DNA of 64,000 bases from Candidatus Muiribacterium halophilum (GTDB lineage Bacteria > Muiribacteriota > Muiribacteriia > Muiribacteriales > Muiribacteriaceae). Location of the stretch: the NCBI GenBank assembly GCA_023228995.1, contig JALOAD010000015.1, forward strand, positions 2,737 through 66,736. The letters run 5' to 3'. The notes beneath the pieces were generated by a model. It worked only from the letters and a program-made list of their open reading frames with translations. It had not been told where the DNA came from and ran no database searches. Shown piece by piece: positions 38,504 through 48,114 of the stretch; position 1 is the first letter of the stretch; each line of letters begins with the position of its first letter. Made by a program: the position numbers and the translations under genes.

Positions 38504-39568
38504 TTACATAGAAGATTTAAGCATTCTCTTTAATTCGTCAGGATACATAGTAGCATTAAGTGCATTATCCATAGTTACCAACCCTTTATGATACAATGTG
38601 GCAAGACTCTGTTCAAAAGTCTGCATACCTTGATTCTGACTAGTCTGCATAACAGTATATATCTGATGCACCTTAGATTCTCTAATAAGATTCTGCACTG
38701 CTGAATTGTTTATAAGAACTTCACATGCAGGAATTCTACCTTTACCGCTTGCAAGCGGAAGAAGATTCTGAGCTACAACAGCCTGAATAACAAAAGATAA
38801 CTGAGTTCTTATCTGTTGTTGTTGATAAGAAGGAAACACATCAATAATTCTGTTTATAGTCTGAGCAGCATCTGTTGTATGCAAAGTAGCAAAAACAAGA
38901 TGTCCTGTTTCTGCAAGGGTCAATGCTGATTCAAATGTTTCAAGATCTCGCATTTCTCCAATAAGTATAACATCAGGATCCTGTCTTAGAACATGCTTAA
39001 GAGCACCTTTAAAACTTGTTGTATCCTGACCTAATTCTCTCTGATTTATAATTGATTTTTTATGATAATGTAAATATTCTATTGGATCTTCAATTGTAAG
39101 AATATGACATTTTCTTGTTCTGTTTATTATGTCTATTACAGCAGCAAGAGAAGTCGATTTTCCTGAACCTGTAGGTCCTGTTACAAGAACAAGTCCTTTA
39201 GCAAGTTTTGCGAATTCTTTAACTTTATCAGGAAGACTCAATTCTTCAATACTAGGTATTTTAGATGGAATAACCCTAAAAGCAGCTCCAATACATCCTC
39301 TTTGTTTATAAACATTTACCCTAAATCTACCAAACCCATGAACAGAATAAGAAAGATCAAGTTCTTTTTTTTCTTCAAATTCTTTTTGCTGATCAGCATT
39401 TAGCATATTATATATAAGACTTCTAGTATCCATTGGAGTAAGAATATCAAGATCAGTTGCTATAAGTTCGCCATCGACCCTAATAATAGGCGATGCTCCA
39501 ACTGTAAGATGTAGATCTGATGCTTCATTATCGATTACCAAATTTAACAGATCATTTAAAACAAACAT
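38504..39568 (-). CDS. pilT: Type IV pilus retraction ATPase
   Basis: SDLHL, GRFRVN, GPTGSGKSTSL, TIEDPIEY, LRQDPDVILIGEMRD, AETGHLVFATLHT. Confidence 0.95.
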   Translation of the reverse strand: MFVLNDLLNLVIDNEASDLHLTVGASPIIRVDGELIATDLDILTPMDTRSLIYNMLNADQQKEFEEKKELDLSYSVHGFGRFRVNVYKQRGCIGAAFRVIPSKIPSIEELSLPDKVKEFAKLAKGLVLVTGPTGSGKSTSLAAVIDIINRTRKCHILTIEDPIEYLHYHKKSIINQRELGQDTTSFKGALKHVLRQDPDVILIGEMRDLETFESALTLAETGHLVFATLHTTDAAQTINRIIDVFPSYQQQQIRTQLSFVIQAVVAQNLLPLASGKGRIPACEVLINNSAVQNLIRESKVHQIYTVMQTSQNQGMQTFEQSLATLYHKGLVTMDNALNATMYPDELKRMLKSSM

Positions 39569-39581
39569 TATTCCTCCTAAA

Positions 39582-41312
39582 TTATGCTACGGTAACTGAA
39601 GTTACTTGTTCGACTGTTGTTGTTCCTAAAAGAAGTTTTCTTAAACCTGATTCTCTAAGAGTGTACATTCCTTCAGCTCTTGCAACTTTTCTTACTTCGG
39701 TGACTGATTTTTTTTGAATTATCATTTCTTTTAAATTTTCGCTTATAGGCATAACTTCATAAACACCAGTTCTACCTTTATAACCTTCGTTATTACACAT
39801 TTCACAGCCTTTCCCTTTATAAAATACCAGATTGTTAAGATCTATATTTTTCATACCTAATTTTATTAGAAGTTCTGGAGTCAAACCAAGGCTTTTCACA
39901 AGTTCAGGTTTTGGTTTATATTCAATTTTACAATTATTACATATAGTTCTAACAAGTCTCTGTGCCTGAACTAGTATAACAGAAGTAGCAACCATATACG
40001 ATTCCACACCCATATCAATAAGTCTTCCAACAGTTGACGCAGCATCATTTGTATGTAGAGTGGAAAGCACTAGATGTCCTGTAAGAGAAGCTTTAATCGC
40101 AATCTCAGCAGTTTCATAATCTCGAATCTCTCCAACCATTATAATATCAGGATCTTGTCTCAAAAATGATCTTAAGGCTGCTGCAAAAGTAAGTCCAATC
40201 TCTGGTCTACACTGAACTTGATTTATACCATGAAGATTATACTCAACAGGGTCTTCAGCAGTCATTATATTAACATCTGGTGTATTTAGTCTATGAAGTC
40301 CTGAATAAAGTGTAGTTGATTTACCAGAACCGGTCGGACCTGTCACTAGAAGAATTCCATTAGGCTGTTCTAAAGCTCTATTGAATCTTTTAAGCGATTC
40401 AGGTTCAAAACCTGATTTTGTAAGGTCAACATTAAGATTTGACTGATCAAGTATTCTCATAACTATTTTTTCACCATATTGACATGGTAATGAAGAAACT
40501 CGAAGATCTATTGGTTTACCATTAACTTTTATTTTTATCTTTCCATCCTGCGGAAGTCTTTTTTCTGCAATATCAAGTTTACTCATAATCTTTACACGAG
40601 AAGTTATAGCAGCCTGAGCTTTTTTAGGTGGATTCATTCTATTATGGAGAACACCATCATATCTAAACCTAACTCTAAGATCTTTTTCATAAGGTTCAAT
40701 ATGAATATCAGAAATTCCGCCTTCAACAGCTTGAGTTATTAAAAGGTTAACAAGTTTGATTATGGGAGCATCATTTTCGCCAAGTTCTGCATCAAGATCA
40801 TCAAGATTATCAAGAGATTCTTTCTCTTTACCAATATCTGCAAGATCTTCAATAAGATTACTAACCTGACTATCTGCTCCAAACGCATTATCAAGTGCAG
40901 TACCTATATCTGAAGAAGTAGCAACAACAGGTTTTACAGACAAACCGGTCATAAGCTGTATATCATCAATTGCAAGTATATTGAGTGGATCTACCATTGC
41001 AACAGTAAGTTTATTTCCAACTTTATTAATTGGAATAAGCTGATATCTTCTTGCAATATGCTCAGGTACAGTCCTAGCAATTGCAGGGTCAATAAGGTAA
41101 GTTGCAAGATTGACATAAGGAATTTTCATCTGTTTTGCCAATGCTTCAACCATATCAGTTTCTGATACAAGATCCATTTCTACAAAAATCTTTCCTAGTC
41201 TTTTACCAGTCTTTTTTTGAATCTGCAAAGCTTTTTGAAGTTGTTCCTCGTCTATAAGCCCTTCCTCAAGAAGAGCATCTCCAATCCTGAGTCTTTTAAT
41301 TGGCATTACCAT
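39582..41312 (-). CDS. pilB: Type IV pilus assembly ATPase
   Basis: MshEN-like N-terminus RIGDALLEEGLI, SDIHIEP, EKRLPQDG, GPTGSGKSTTLY, LRQDPD, CNNC..CEMC zinc motif. Confidence 0.95.
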   Translation of the reverse strand: MVMPIKRLRIGDALLEEGLIDEEQLQKALQIQKKTGKRLGKIFVEMDLVSETDMVEALAKQMKIPYVNLATYLIDPAIARTVPEHIARRYQLIPINKVGNKLTVAMVDPLNILAIDDIQLMTGLSVKPVVATSSDIGTALDNAFGADSQVSNLIEDLADIGKEKESLDNLDDLDAELGENDAPIIKLVNLLITQAVEGGISDIHIEPYEKDLRVRFRYDGVLHNRMNPPKKAQAAITSRVKIMSKLDIAEKRLPQDGKIKIKVNGKPIDLRVSSLPCQYGEKIVMRILDQSNLNVDLTKSGFEPESLKRFNRALEQPNGILLVTGPTGSGKSTTLYSGLHRLNTPDVNIMTAEDPVEYNLHGINQVQCRPEIGLTFAAALRSFLRQDPDIIMVGEIRDYETAEIAIKASLTGHLVLSTLHTNDAASTVGRLIDMGVESYMVATSVILVQAQRLVRTICNNCKIEYKPKPELVKSLGLTPELLIKLGMKNIDLNNLVFYKGKGCEMCNNEGYKGRTGVYEVMPISENLKEMIIQKKSVTEVRKVARAEGMYTLRESGLRKLLLGTTTVEQVTSVTVA

Positions 41313-42078
41313 TTTTTATCACCTCGGTCAAATACTTGTCTATACAATAATAATCGTCAAAAACATCTATTCCGGTAAATATTTTAAAGTTTATCAAAGC
41401 TTGCTCAATCAATAATATTACACCATTATAAAAGGCTAAATTATTGATATTATAGTTAACATCAAAGATTTTATCACAATCAAAATTCGTTTTCAATTTA
41501 TTGTCAATAACATTTACCGGTGTCGAATTTACAAAAAAATAACCTCTATACCTTTTTATATCATTATATTCAATTAAATCATTTGAATATTTTTTTAAAA
41601 ACTCATCTTTATTTGCTTTATACTTGTTTCTTGTAATAAAAACAGGTTTTATATTAAAATTTTTGTATAAAGAGTAAGCTATGCTTTTTGCCGTTATACC
41701 GGTTCCTGCAATAATAAAGTTTTTGGAAAGTATTTTATTTCTTTTAATAAAATTCACAAATCCATCTCCGTCTGTGTTAAAAGAAAAAAATCTATTTTTA
41801 ATTTTTATTACTGTATTTGCACCACCAATAATCTTTACATCCTCTGAAGGTTCAGTATATTTAACTATTTCTTTTTTAAAAGGATATGTTACATTGAATC
41901 CTTGCAGATTTTTAATTTTTATCAATGCACTTATAACTTCATCAAATACATTTATAGAAAATGAAAAGCCTGAATAACAATTATTTAGGTTGTATTTTTT
42001 AAAAAGAAAATTATAGATTTCAGGCGATAATGAACGAGAAATATCTTCCCCAATTAAAAAATAAGAATCAATAAACAT
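41296..42078 (-). CDS. aroE: Shikimate dehydrogenase
   Basis: SLSP, GFNVTYPFK, ANT, NTDGDGF, AGTG, EQALINF. Confidence 0.8.
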   Translation of the reverse strand: MFIDSYFLIGEDISRSLSPEIYNFLFKKYNLNNCYSGFSFSINVFDEVISALIKIKNLQGFNVTYPFKKEIVKYTEPSEDVKIIGGANTVIKIKNRFFSFNTDGDGFVNFIKRNKILSKNFIIAGTGITAKSIAYSLYKNFNIKPVFITRNKYKANKDEFLKKYSNDLIEYNDIKRYRGYFFVNSTPVNVIDNKLKTNFDCDKIFDVNYNINNLAFYNGVILLIEQALINFKIFTGIDVFDDYYCIDKYLTEVIKNGNAN

Positions 42079-42442
42079 TCTTATCTAAAGAAATTTTTGC
42101 AGAATTAATTGCACTATCAAGTGTGTCATGAAGTTCAAAAACTCTGGTTAATTTAGATATTTCCAGAATGTTTCTAATTATCTTATTAACTTCAGCAAGT
42201 TTTATCTCACCATCAATTTTTCTTGCATTTTTAAGAAAACCCGCAAGAAGTCCTAAACCAGAACTATTGATATAAATAACATCTCTCATGTTAAGAATAA
42301 AATGTTTTTTTCCCTGCTCAATAAAGTTATTGAATTCTCTTTTAAAATTATCATTAGCAATTTCTGTTATTTCGCCTTTGAGATTAAAAATCACAATATT
42401 TTCAACAGGTTCTGAAAAATCAAACTCAAACCTATCAGTCAT
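42068..42442 (-). CDS. STAS-domain anti-sigma factor antagonist
   Basis: LKGEI, LNMRDVIYINSSGLGLL, ILEISKLTRVF. Confidence 0.88.
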   Translation of the reverse strand: MTDRFEFDFSEPVENIVIFNLKGEITEIANDNFKREFNNFIEQGKKHFILNMRDVIYINSSGLGLLAGFLKNARKIDGEIKLAEVNKIIRNILEISKLTRVFELHDTLDSAINSAKISLDKNVY

Positions 42443-43644
42443 CAGTATCTCCCTGTTTGCGTCTTTTTAATTTTGTTTTCAAGAGTTTTGAGTAATTCAT
42501 AAGCTCTGCTCTCAAAATCCAAAACTGAAGCTTTTCTTACAATTTCTTTAAAGTCTGAAATTTTTAAAAGCTTATAGTAACAATACCCTAAATAATAGTA
42601 AGCATTAATGTTCTTATTGTCAATTTTTATTGCATATTCAAAAAATTTTGAAGCCTGAACATAATCTTCTTCAATTATTTTCTTTTTACCTAATATAAAC
42701 ATCTCAGGCGAAAAAACAAAAACTTTGTTAAAAAACGAATCACTAACATATACTTTCCCAGCATTGTCTACCGTCACAAATTCAGGATTTTTTAGAATAC
42801 CATTTCCAATTTCTGACATAAATATATTATTTTTATCAAACTTTTGAACTCTTCCATTGTATTTGTCACATATATAAACATTTTCAGAATTATCTCCAGC
42901 TATACCCGCTGGTCCTCTAAATTGAGTGGGATTTAATCCTCTTTCACCTATATAACCTTTAAACCTATATTTATCATCTAATATTTCAACCCTATCATTT
43001 CCATAATTTGTTATAAGAATATCACCATCAGCTCTTACAAATATATCAAATGGCTGATCAAGATTACCCGGTTCTCTACCACTTTTATTATATTCTTCAT
43101 ATAAATTCATATATCTATCAACAACTTTTATATTATCATTAAGTCTATCAGTTAAAAAAATATTATATTTATCATCAATAAAACTTCCAGAAATCATAGA
43201 AAAATTCAAACCTCTAATACCAACATCTCCACCGTATTCAGCTAATATTTTACCATCTCTAAATATTATTTTAAATGAATAATTTCCAGTATCAGTAATA
43301 AGATATCTTTCTGTTCCAGGTATTTTTTGAATATCTGAAGGTTTTTTTAAAGCAGCATCTATAATAAATAAAAATTTACCATCTTCAAAAACGCTTATTC
43401 TATTATTTTCTCTTTCAGCCACATACAAACGGTTATACCCGTCATGAGCTACTCCTGTTGGATAATATAACTGACCTTCTTTATTTCCTTTTTCACCATA
43501 AGTTGCGGTATGATGATAATAATTTGCATTAAAATTGTTTTCTATATTAATATATTTATAATCATCTATAAGTTCGGTAAGTGGAAATGAAAATCCTGTA
43601 ATAAAAAATATAAAAATATAGAAACATAATATTAATTTTCTCAT
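42442..43644 (-). CDS. Secreted NHL-repeat beta-propeller protein with C-terminal TPR
   Basis: Repeated G.G.G.L..P.G.A.D...YVAD..N.RI units; C-terminal AYYYLGYCYY; start probably MRKLILCF at 43644 (ORF track extends to 43752). Confidence 0.8.
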   Translation of the reverse strand: MRKLILCFYIFIFFITGFSFPLTELIDDYKYINIENNFNANYYHHTATYGEKGNKEGQLYYPTGVAHDGYNRLYVAERENNRISVFEDGKFLFIIDAALKKPSDIQKIPGTERYLITDTGNYSFKIIFRDGKILAEYGGDVGIRGLNFSMISGSFIDDKYNIFLTDRLNDNIKVVDRYMNLYEEYNKSGREPGNLDQPFDIFVRADGDILITNYGNDRVEILDDKYRFKGYIGERGLNPTQFRGPAGIAGDNSENVYICDKYNGRVQKFDKNNIFMSEIGNGILKNPEFVTVDNAGKVYVSDSFFNKVFVFSPEMFILGKKKIIEEDYVQASKFFEYAIKIDNKNINAYYYLGYCYYKLLKISDFKEIVRKASVLDFESRAYELLKTLENKIKKTQTGRY

Positions 43645-43778
43645 AAGTCTATTTTCGGTTATAAATATATTATTGTTAAGTTTATTGGATGCTTTTATAA
43701 CATTCCTTGTATAACTCATGTTATTATTGTAATATTTAATCATAGAATTCAAATGATTTTTTTATAAAGGAGTTTTTT

Positions 43779-44570
43779 ATGAAAGTAGGATATATTCAAA
43801 ACAACCCTGAATTTGGAAATATTAAAAAAAATGTAGACAATATCTATAATAAACTTGAAAATATAAATAACACCCTTATAGTACTTCCTGAATTATTTGC
43901 TAGCGGTTACAATTTTACCGACATTTCAGAAGTAAAAGCATTAAGTTCACAAAAAGATAAAGGTTATATATGGGAAGCTCTTTCTCATATATCAAAAAAA
44001 AATAACATTACAATTGTATATGGTTTTGCTGAAAAAGATATAGATAAATTCTTCAATTCATGTAATATAATAGAAAAAGGAAAATTATTATCAACATACA
44101 GAAAATCTCATCTTTTTTATAAAGAAAAATTATTTTTTTCCAAAGGAGATTCACTTCTTGAACCTGTTAAATTATCTAACGGTGTAAATATTGGCCTTAT
44201 GATATGTTTTGACTGGATATTTCCTGAAACTGCAAGAACTCTCGCTCTTAATGGTGCTCATATTATAGCCCACTGTACAAATCTTGTTCTTCCGTTTTGT
44301 CCTGATGCAACTATTACAAGATGTATTGAAAACAAAGTCTTCACAATACTTTCAAATAGAATAGGAAATGAAAACAGAGGAAATAATAATCATACATTTA
44401 TAGGATTAAGCGAAATAGTCAATCCAAACGGAAGTATAATAAACAGGTCATCAAAAGACAAAGAAGATTTATTTGTAACCGAAATAAATCCTTTTGAAGC
44501 TGAAAACAAAGAAATCAATAATTTTAATAATTTATTTGAAGATAGAAGAACTGATTTGTATTTTGAATAA
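43779..44570 (+). CDS. Carbon-nitrogen hydrolase (nitrilase/amidase family)
   Basis: Glu-Lys-Cys triad motifs LPELF, YRKSHLF, MICFDWIFPE. Confidence 0.9.
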   Translation: MKVGYIQNNPEFGNIKKNVDNIYNKLENINNTLIVLPELFASGYNFTDISEVKALSSQKDKGYIWEALSHISKKNNITIVYGFAEKDIDKFFNSCNIIEKGKLLSTYRKSHLFYKEKLFFSKGDSLLEPVKLSNGVNIGLMICFDWIFPETARTLALNGAHIIAHCTNLVLPFCPDATITRCIENKVFTILSNRIGNENRGNNNHTFIGLSEIVNPNGSIINRSSKDKEDLFVTEINPFEAENKEINNFNNLFEDRRTDLYFE

Positions 44571-44733
44571 GAGTTAAATAGCGAGATGGTGAAGTGGTGA
44601 AATAGTTAAAGCTTTAAATCCATTTCGCTAATCAAAATATTCAGTGAATATTTTGTTTTATGTTCATTGAACATTTTGACCTTTAACCCTTTAACCCTTT
44701 AACTATTTAACCCTTTAACTATTTAACTATTTT
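44571..44733. repeat. Hairpin cluster and octamer repeats between convergent genes (probable bidirectional terminator)
   Basis: TAGCGAGATGG/CCATTTCGCTA, CAAAATATTCA-G-TGAATATTTTG, ATGTTCA-T-TGAACAT, then (TTTAACCC/TTTAACTA)n. Confidence 0.7.
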
Positions 44734-47700
44734 TATTGCTTTTATCGCTTCACTTAAATCATTTAGAGTAAAAGGTTTATTTACAATTGAAGAAAAGCCA
44801 TATTTTCTATAATTTTCAGCAATATCGTTTTGTGAATAACCACTTGCTACAATAACTTTTATATTTTTATCAATATGCAATAATTCTTTCATAGTCTCAA
44901 CACCACCAAGACCACCTTTTATAGTAAGATCCATTACAGCAAAATCAAATCTTAAACCAGCTTTATATTTTGCAATAAGTTCCTCTCCTTTTTCACATTC
45001 TTCAACCTCATAACCAAGCTCTTCAAGCATATATTTTATAACTTCTCTTACATCCTGTTCATCATCCATTACAACAACTCTTCCCTTGCCTTTGACAAGA
45101 ATTTCATTTTCATAATTTTTTTCTTTTATAATCCCCTCAATTACAGCTGGAAGAAATATATCAAATCTTGTTCCTTGATTTTTTTCAGAAAAAACTTCAA
45201 TAAATCCTTCATGATTTTTTACAATTGCAAGAACTGATGCAAGACCTAATCCTGTACCTTCTTTTTTGGTTGTAAAATAAGGATCAAATATTCTTGAAAT
45301 ATCATTTTTTTCAATTCCATTTCCAGTATCTTTTACTGATATTTTAACAAAATTTCCCGATTTCCCACCTTCATTAAAAAGCGCCTGATTTGTAGCTCCA
45401 AGATATACATTTCCTCCATCTAACATAGCTTGACAAGAATTAATAATCACATTATTTATCACCTGTTTTATCTTTCCGATATCTGCTTCAATATTCCATA
45501 ATTTATCTTCTATATCAAGTACAAGCCTATTATTTGTACCTCTAATTGAAAACTCAGCTGTATCTTTTATTGCTTTTTTAAGATTTATAAGTTCTTTGTT
45601 AGGAGTTTCTCTCTTTGCAAAAGTAAGAAGCTGCATTGTAAGTTCCTTTGCATTCATACATGCATTTTCAGCATTTTTTAAATGTTGATATATTTTTTCA
45701 TTTTTATTGAAATTTTTTTCAACAATTGAAATATTTCCTAAAACACTTGTTAAAATATTGTTAAAATCATGAGCTATTCCTGCGGCAAAAAGTCCAATTG
45801 ATTCAAGTTTTTGAAGATTAATCATTTCTTCTTCTATCTTTTTTTCAACCCTTATATCTCTAAAAGCAATTACTGCACCATTTACTTTACCTAAATTGTT
45901 AAATGTAGGTGCGATATTCATATAAATTGGGATATTTTCTGGACCTATTGTAATATTTTTAATTATTTTGTTATTTTTTTCTGTAGTAACAACTTTTAAA
46001 ATAGGATTATACTCATTATTATTTAATTTTATATTGCATATACTTATGTTTTTCCCTATTGAAACATCACCTTTGGATTTTATAATATTTTGTGCAATTT
46101 TATTTATTAAGAGAATATTTCCTTTTTTATCAGTATTTATAACTCCCTCTTCTATTGAATTTATTGTAACAATTATTCTTTCTTGTTCTTCATAAAGTTC
46201 TCTTTCCATTCTTCGCTCTTCTGTAATATCAACTCCTATAAATATTATATTGTCATTATCAATAGGAGAAAGCATTATCAAAAGTTGTTTATCATAATTA
46301 TTATCATAAGGAGTGAATAATATTTCTCTTATAAATATTTTCCCAGATAATATTTTATCTTTTACATGCTGAATCTCATTTTTATCTAAATTTTTCCAGA
46401 AAGTAAAAAGATCAATATCAGAAAAATCATTTTGTGAAAGTCCTGAAACCCAAGAAAACTTTCTATTCATCTCAAGAAACCTGAATTTTTTATCAAGAAG
46501 ACCAATCATATTTGGAGAATTTTCAAAAAGAGTTCTGTATTTTTTCTCAGAACCGATAACTGATCTTATATATGAATATTCCTTTCTCAAAAAATCAAAT
46601 AAAATTAAAAGAATAACAAAAAGTATAATTATAAATATATAACTAAAATTTCTATAATTTGTAACAAGAGAATTATTAGCAAGAAAAATAACTTTCCAAT
46701 TAGCATATTTCAAATTTGCTTCTTCCATATAATAAGTGAAACCATTTAATTTAACATTTTTATGATTTATTTGTGAAAATAAACTTGTATTTTTTAAACC
46801 TTCAAACTGTCTTGAATCAACAATATTATTAAAATCATATTCATCTAACTCTTTAATAACTTTTAGAACATATTCTTTATTATTACTCATAAGTATTACA
46901 CCTAAATCATTTACAATAAAAATAGGATTTTCATCAGGAATTATACTTTCAACTATATCAAGATTTTTTTTAATAACAGCAACTCCCTTTATTTCACCAT
47001 CTTTCTTAAAAGGAAAACTTGTATAAAAACCTCGTTCATTTGTTGTAATTCCAACAGCAAAGTAGTATGTAATAATACCTTCCATAGCTGTTTTAAAATA
47101 ATTTCTAAAACTATAATTATAACCTAAAATTGATGTTGTAGAATCTCGATTTGAAGACACAACAGTATTCCCATTTTTATCCATAACATAAACTACAGAA
47201 GCTTTAAGAATATCAAAATACCTATCAACAATAATATTACTTTTTAAATAATCCTCTTGCTTTTTTTCATCAAGATAATCAAAAATAATATCTTCTTCCG
47301 CAAGAAGTCTAACTCCTTTCATATAAATCTCGAGATTATCATTTAATACTTTTGATATTTCACGACTTTTAAATTTTGCATCTTTAATAAGAATGTTTTC
47401 AGCAATATTCTCAGATATATTTATAATAAAAACAGATATAATAATCAATATTACAATGCTGGATAAAAAAGATATCCATATTATCTTTTTATTGAAAACA
47501 TTATCTTTTTTATTATAAATTTTTTGTAAAATATATAAAAAAACTCCTAAAGAAATAAATAATAAACTATATAACGATATAACTGATATATCTACAATTA
47601 ATCTTAATGTTGACGCTAAAGCAATTAACAAAAAAAATAAATATATATTTTTTTCAGGATTTTTTTTATTTATCTTTTTCATAAAAAACGGAATACTTGA

Positions 47701-48087
47701 ATTAACAATAGTGAATATTGACAATATAAAAACAAAATTGTTATTTAAAAAAACAGAGAAAACTTTTGAAAACAGATAAAGTAAAGAAAATAAAAGAAAA
47801 AATACAATAAAAATATTTCTTCTTAAATATGGTTTTAAATAATAAAGAGCTAAAAATATACTCAAACTTATAATTAAAAATATTTGAATTTCAATTACAA
47901 TTCCAACGATTTTAGAATTCATATTAAAAGCTTCTAATAACTTATATGAAGCAAAAATAAATACAATAAAAGAAGAAAATCTTATATGAGAATTTTTTTT
48001 AAGTTTTAATAAGTAAGAAATTATTAAAAATAATATCCCTATAGAAAAATTATAATATACTATATTTTCAGAAATAATATTATTCAT
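44719..48087 (-). CDS. Hybrid sensor histidine kinase (multi-TM, Cache, 2 PAS, HisKA, HATPase, REC)
   Basis: YSFRNYF Cache motif, GIAHDFNNIL, INSCQAM, DTGNGI, FDPYFTTK, GTGLGL, MDDE..MDL..KPF. Confidence 0.92.
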   Translation of the reverse strand: MNNIISENIVYYNFSIGILFLIISYLLKLKKNSHIRFSSFIVFIFASYKLLEAFNMNSKIVGIVIEIQIFLIISLSIFLALYYLKPYLRRNIFIVFFLLFSLLYLFSKVFSVFLNNNFVFILSIFTIVNSSIPFFMKKINKKNPEKNIYLFFLLIALASTLRLIVDISVISLYSLLFISLGVFLYILQKIYNKKDNVFNKKIIWISFLSSIVILIIISVFIINISENIAENILIKDAKFKSREISKVLNDNLEIYMKGVRLLAEEDIIFDYLDEKKQEDYLKSNIIVDRYFDILKASVVYVMDKNGNTVVSSNRDSTTSILGYNYSFRNYFKTAMEGIITYYFAVGITTNERGFYTSFPFKKDGEIKGVAVIKKNLDIVESIIPDENPIFIVNDLGVILMSNNKEYVLKVIKELDEYDFNNIVDSRQFEGLKNTSLFSQINHKNVKLNGFTYYMEEANLKYANWKVIFLANNSLVTNYRNFSYIFIIILFVILLILFDFLRKEYSYIRSVIGSEKKYRTLFENSPNMIGLLDKKFRFLEMNRKFSWVSGLSQNDFSDIDLFTFWKNLDKNEIQHVKDKILSGKIFIREILFTPYDNNYDKQLLIMLSPIDNDNIIFIGVDITEERRMERELYEEQERIIVTINSIEEGVINTDKKGNILLINKIAQNIIKSKGDVSIGKNISICNIKLNNNEYNPILKVVTTEKNNKIIKNITIGPENIPIYMNIAPTFNNLGKVNGAVIAFRDIRVEKKIEEEMINLQKLESIGLFAAGIAHDFNNILTSVLGNISIVEKNFNKNEKIYQHLKNAENACMNAKELTMQLLTFAKRETPNKELINLKKAIKDTAEFSIRGTNNRLVLDIEDKLWNIEADIGKIKQVINNVIINSCQAMLDGGNVYLGATNQALFNEGGKSGNFVKISVKDTGNGIEKNDISRIFDPYFTTKKEGTGLGLASVLAIVKNHEGFIEVFSEKNQGTRFDIFLPAVIEGIIKEKNYENEILVKGKGRVVVMDDEQDVREVIKYMLEELGYEVEECEKGEELIAKYKAGLRFDFAVMDLTIKGGLGGVETMKELLHIDKNIKVIVASGYSQNDIAENYRKYGFSSIVNKPFTLNDLSEAIKAIKIVK

Positions 48088-48114
48088 TAAATTATTATAA
48101 CATAACTGTTTATA

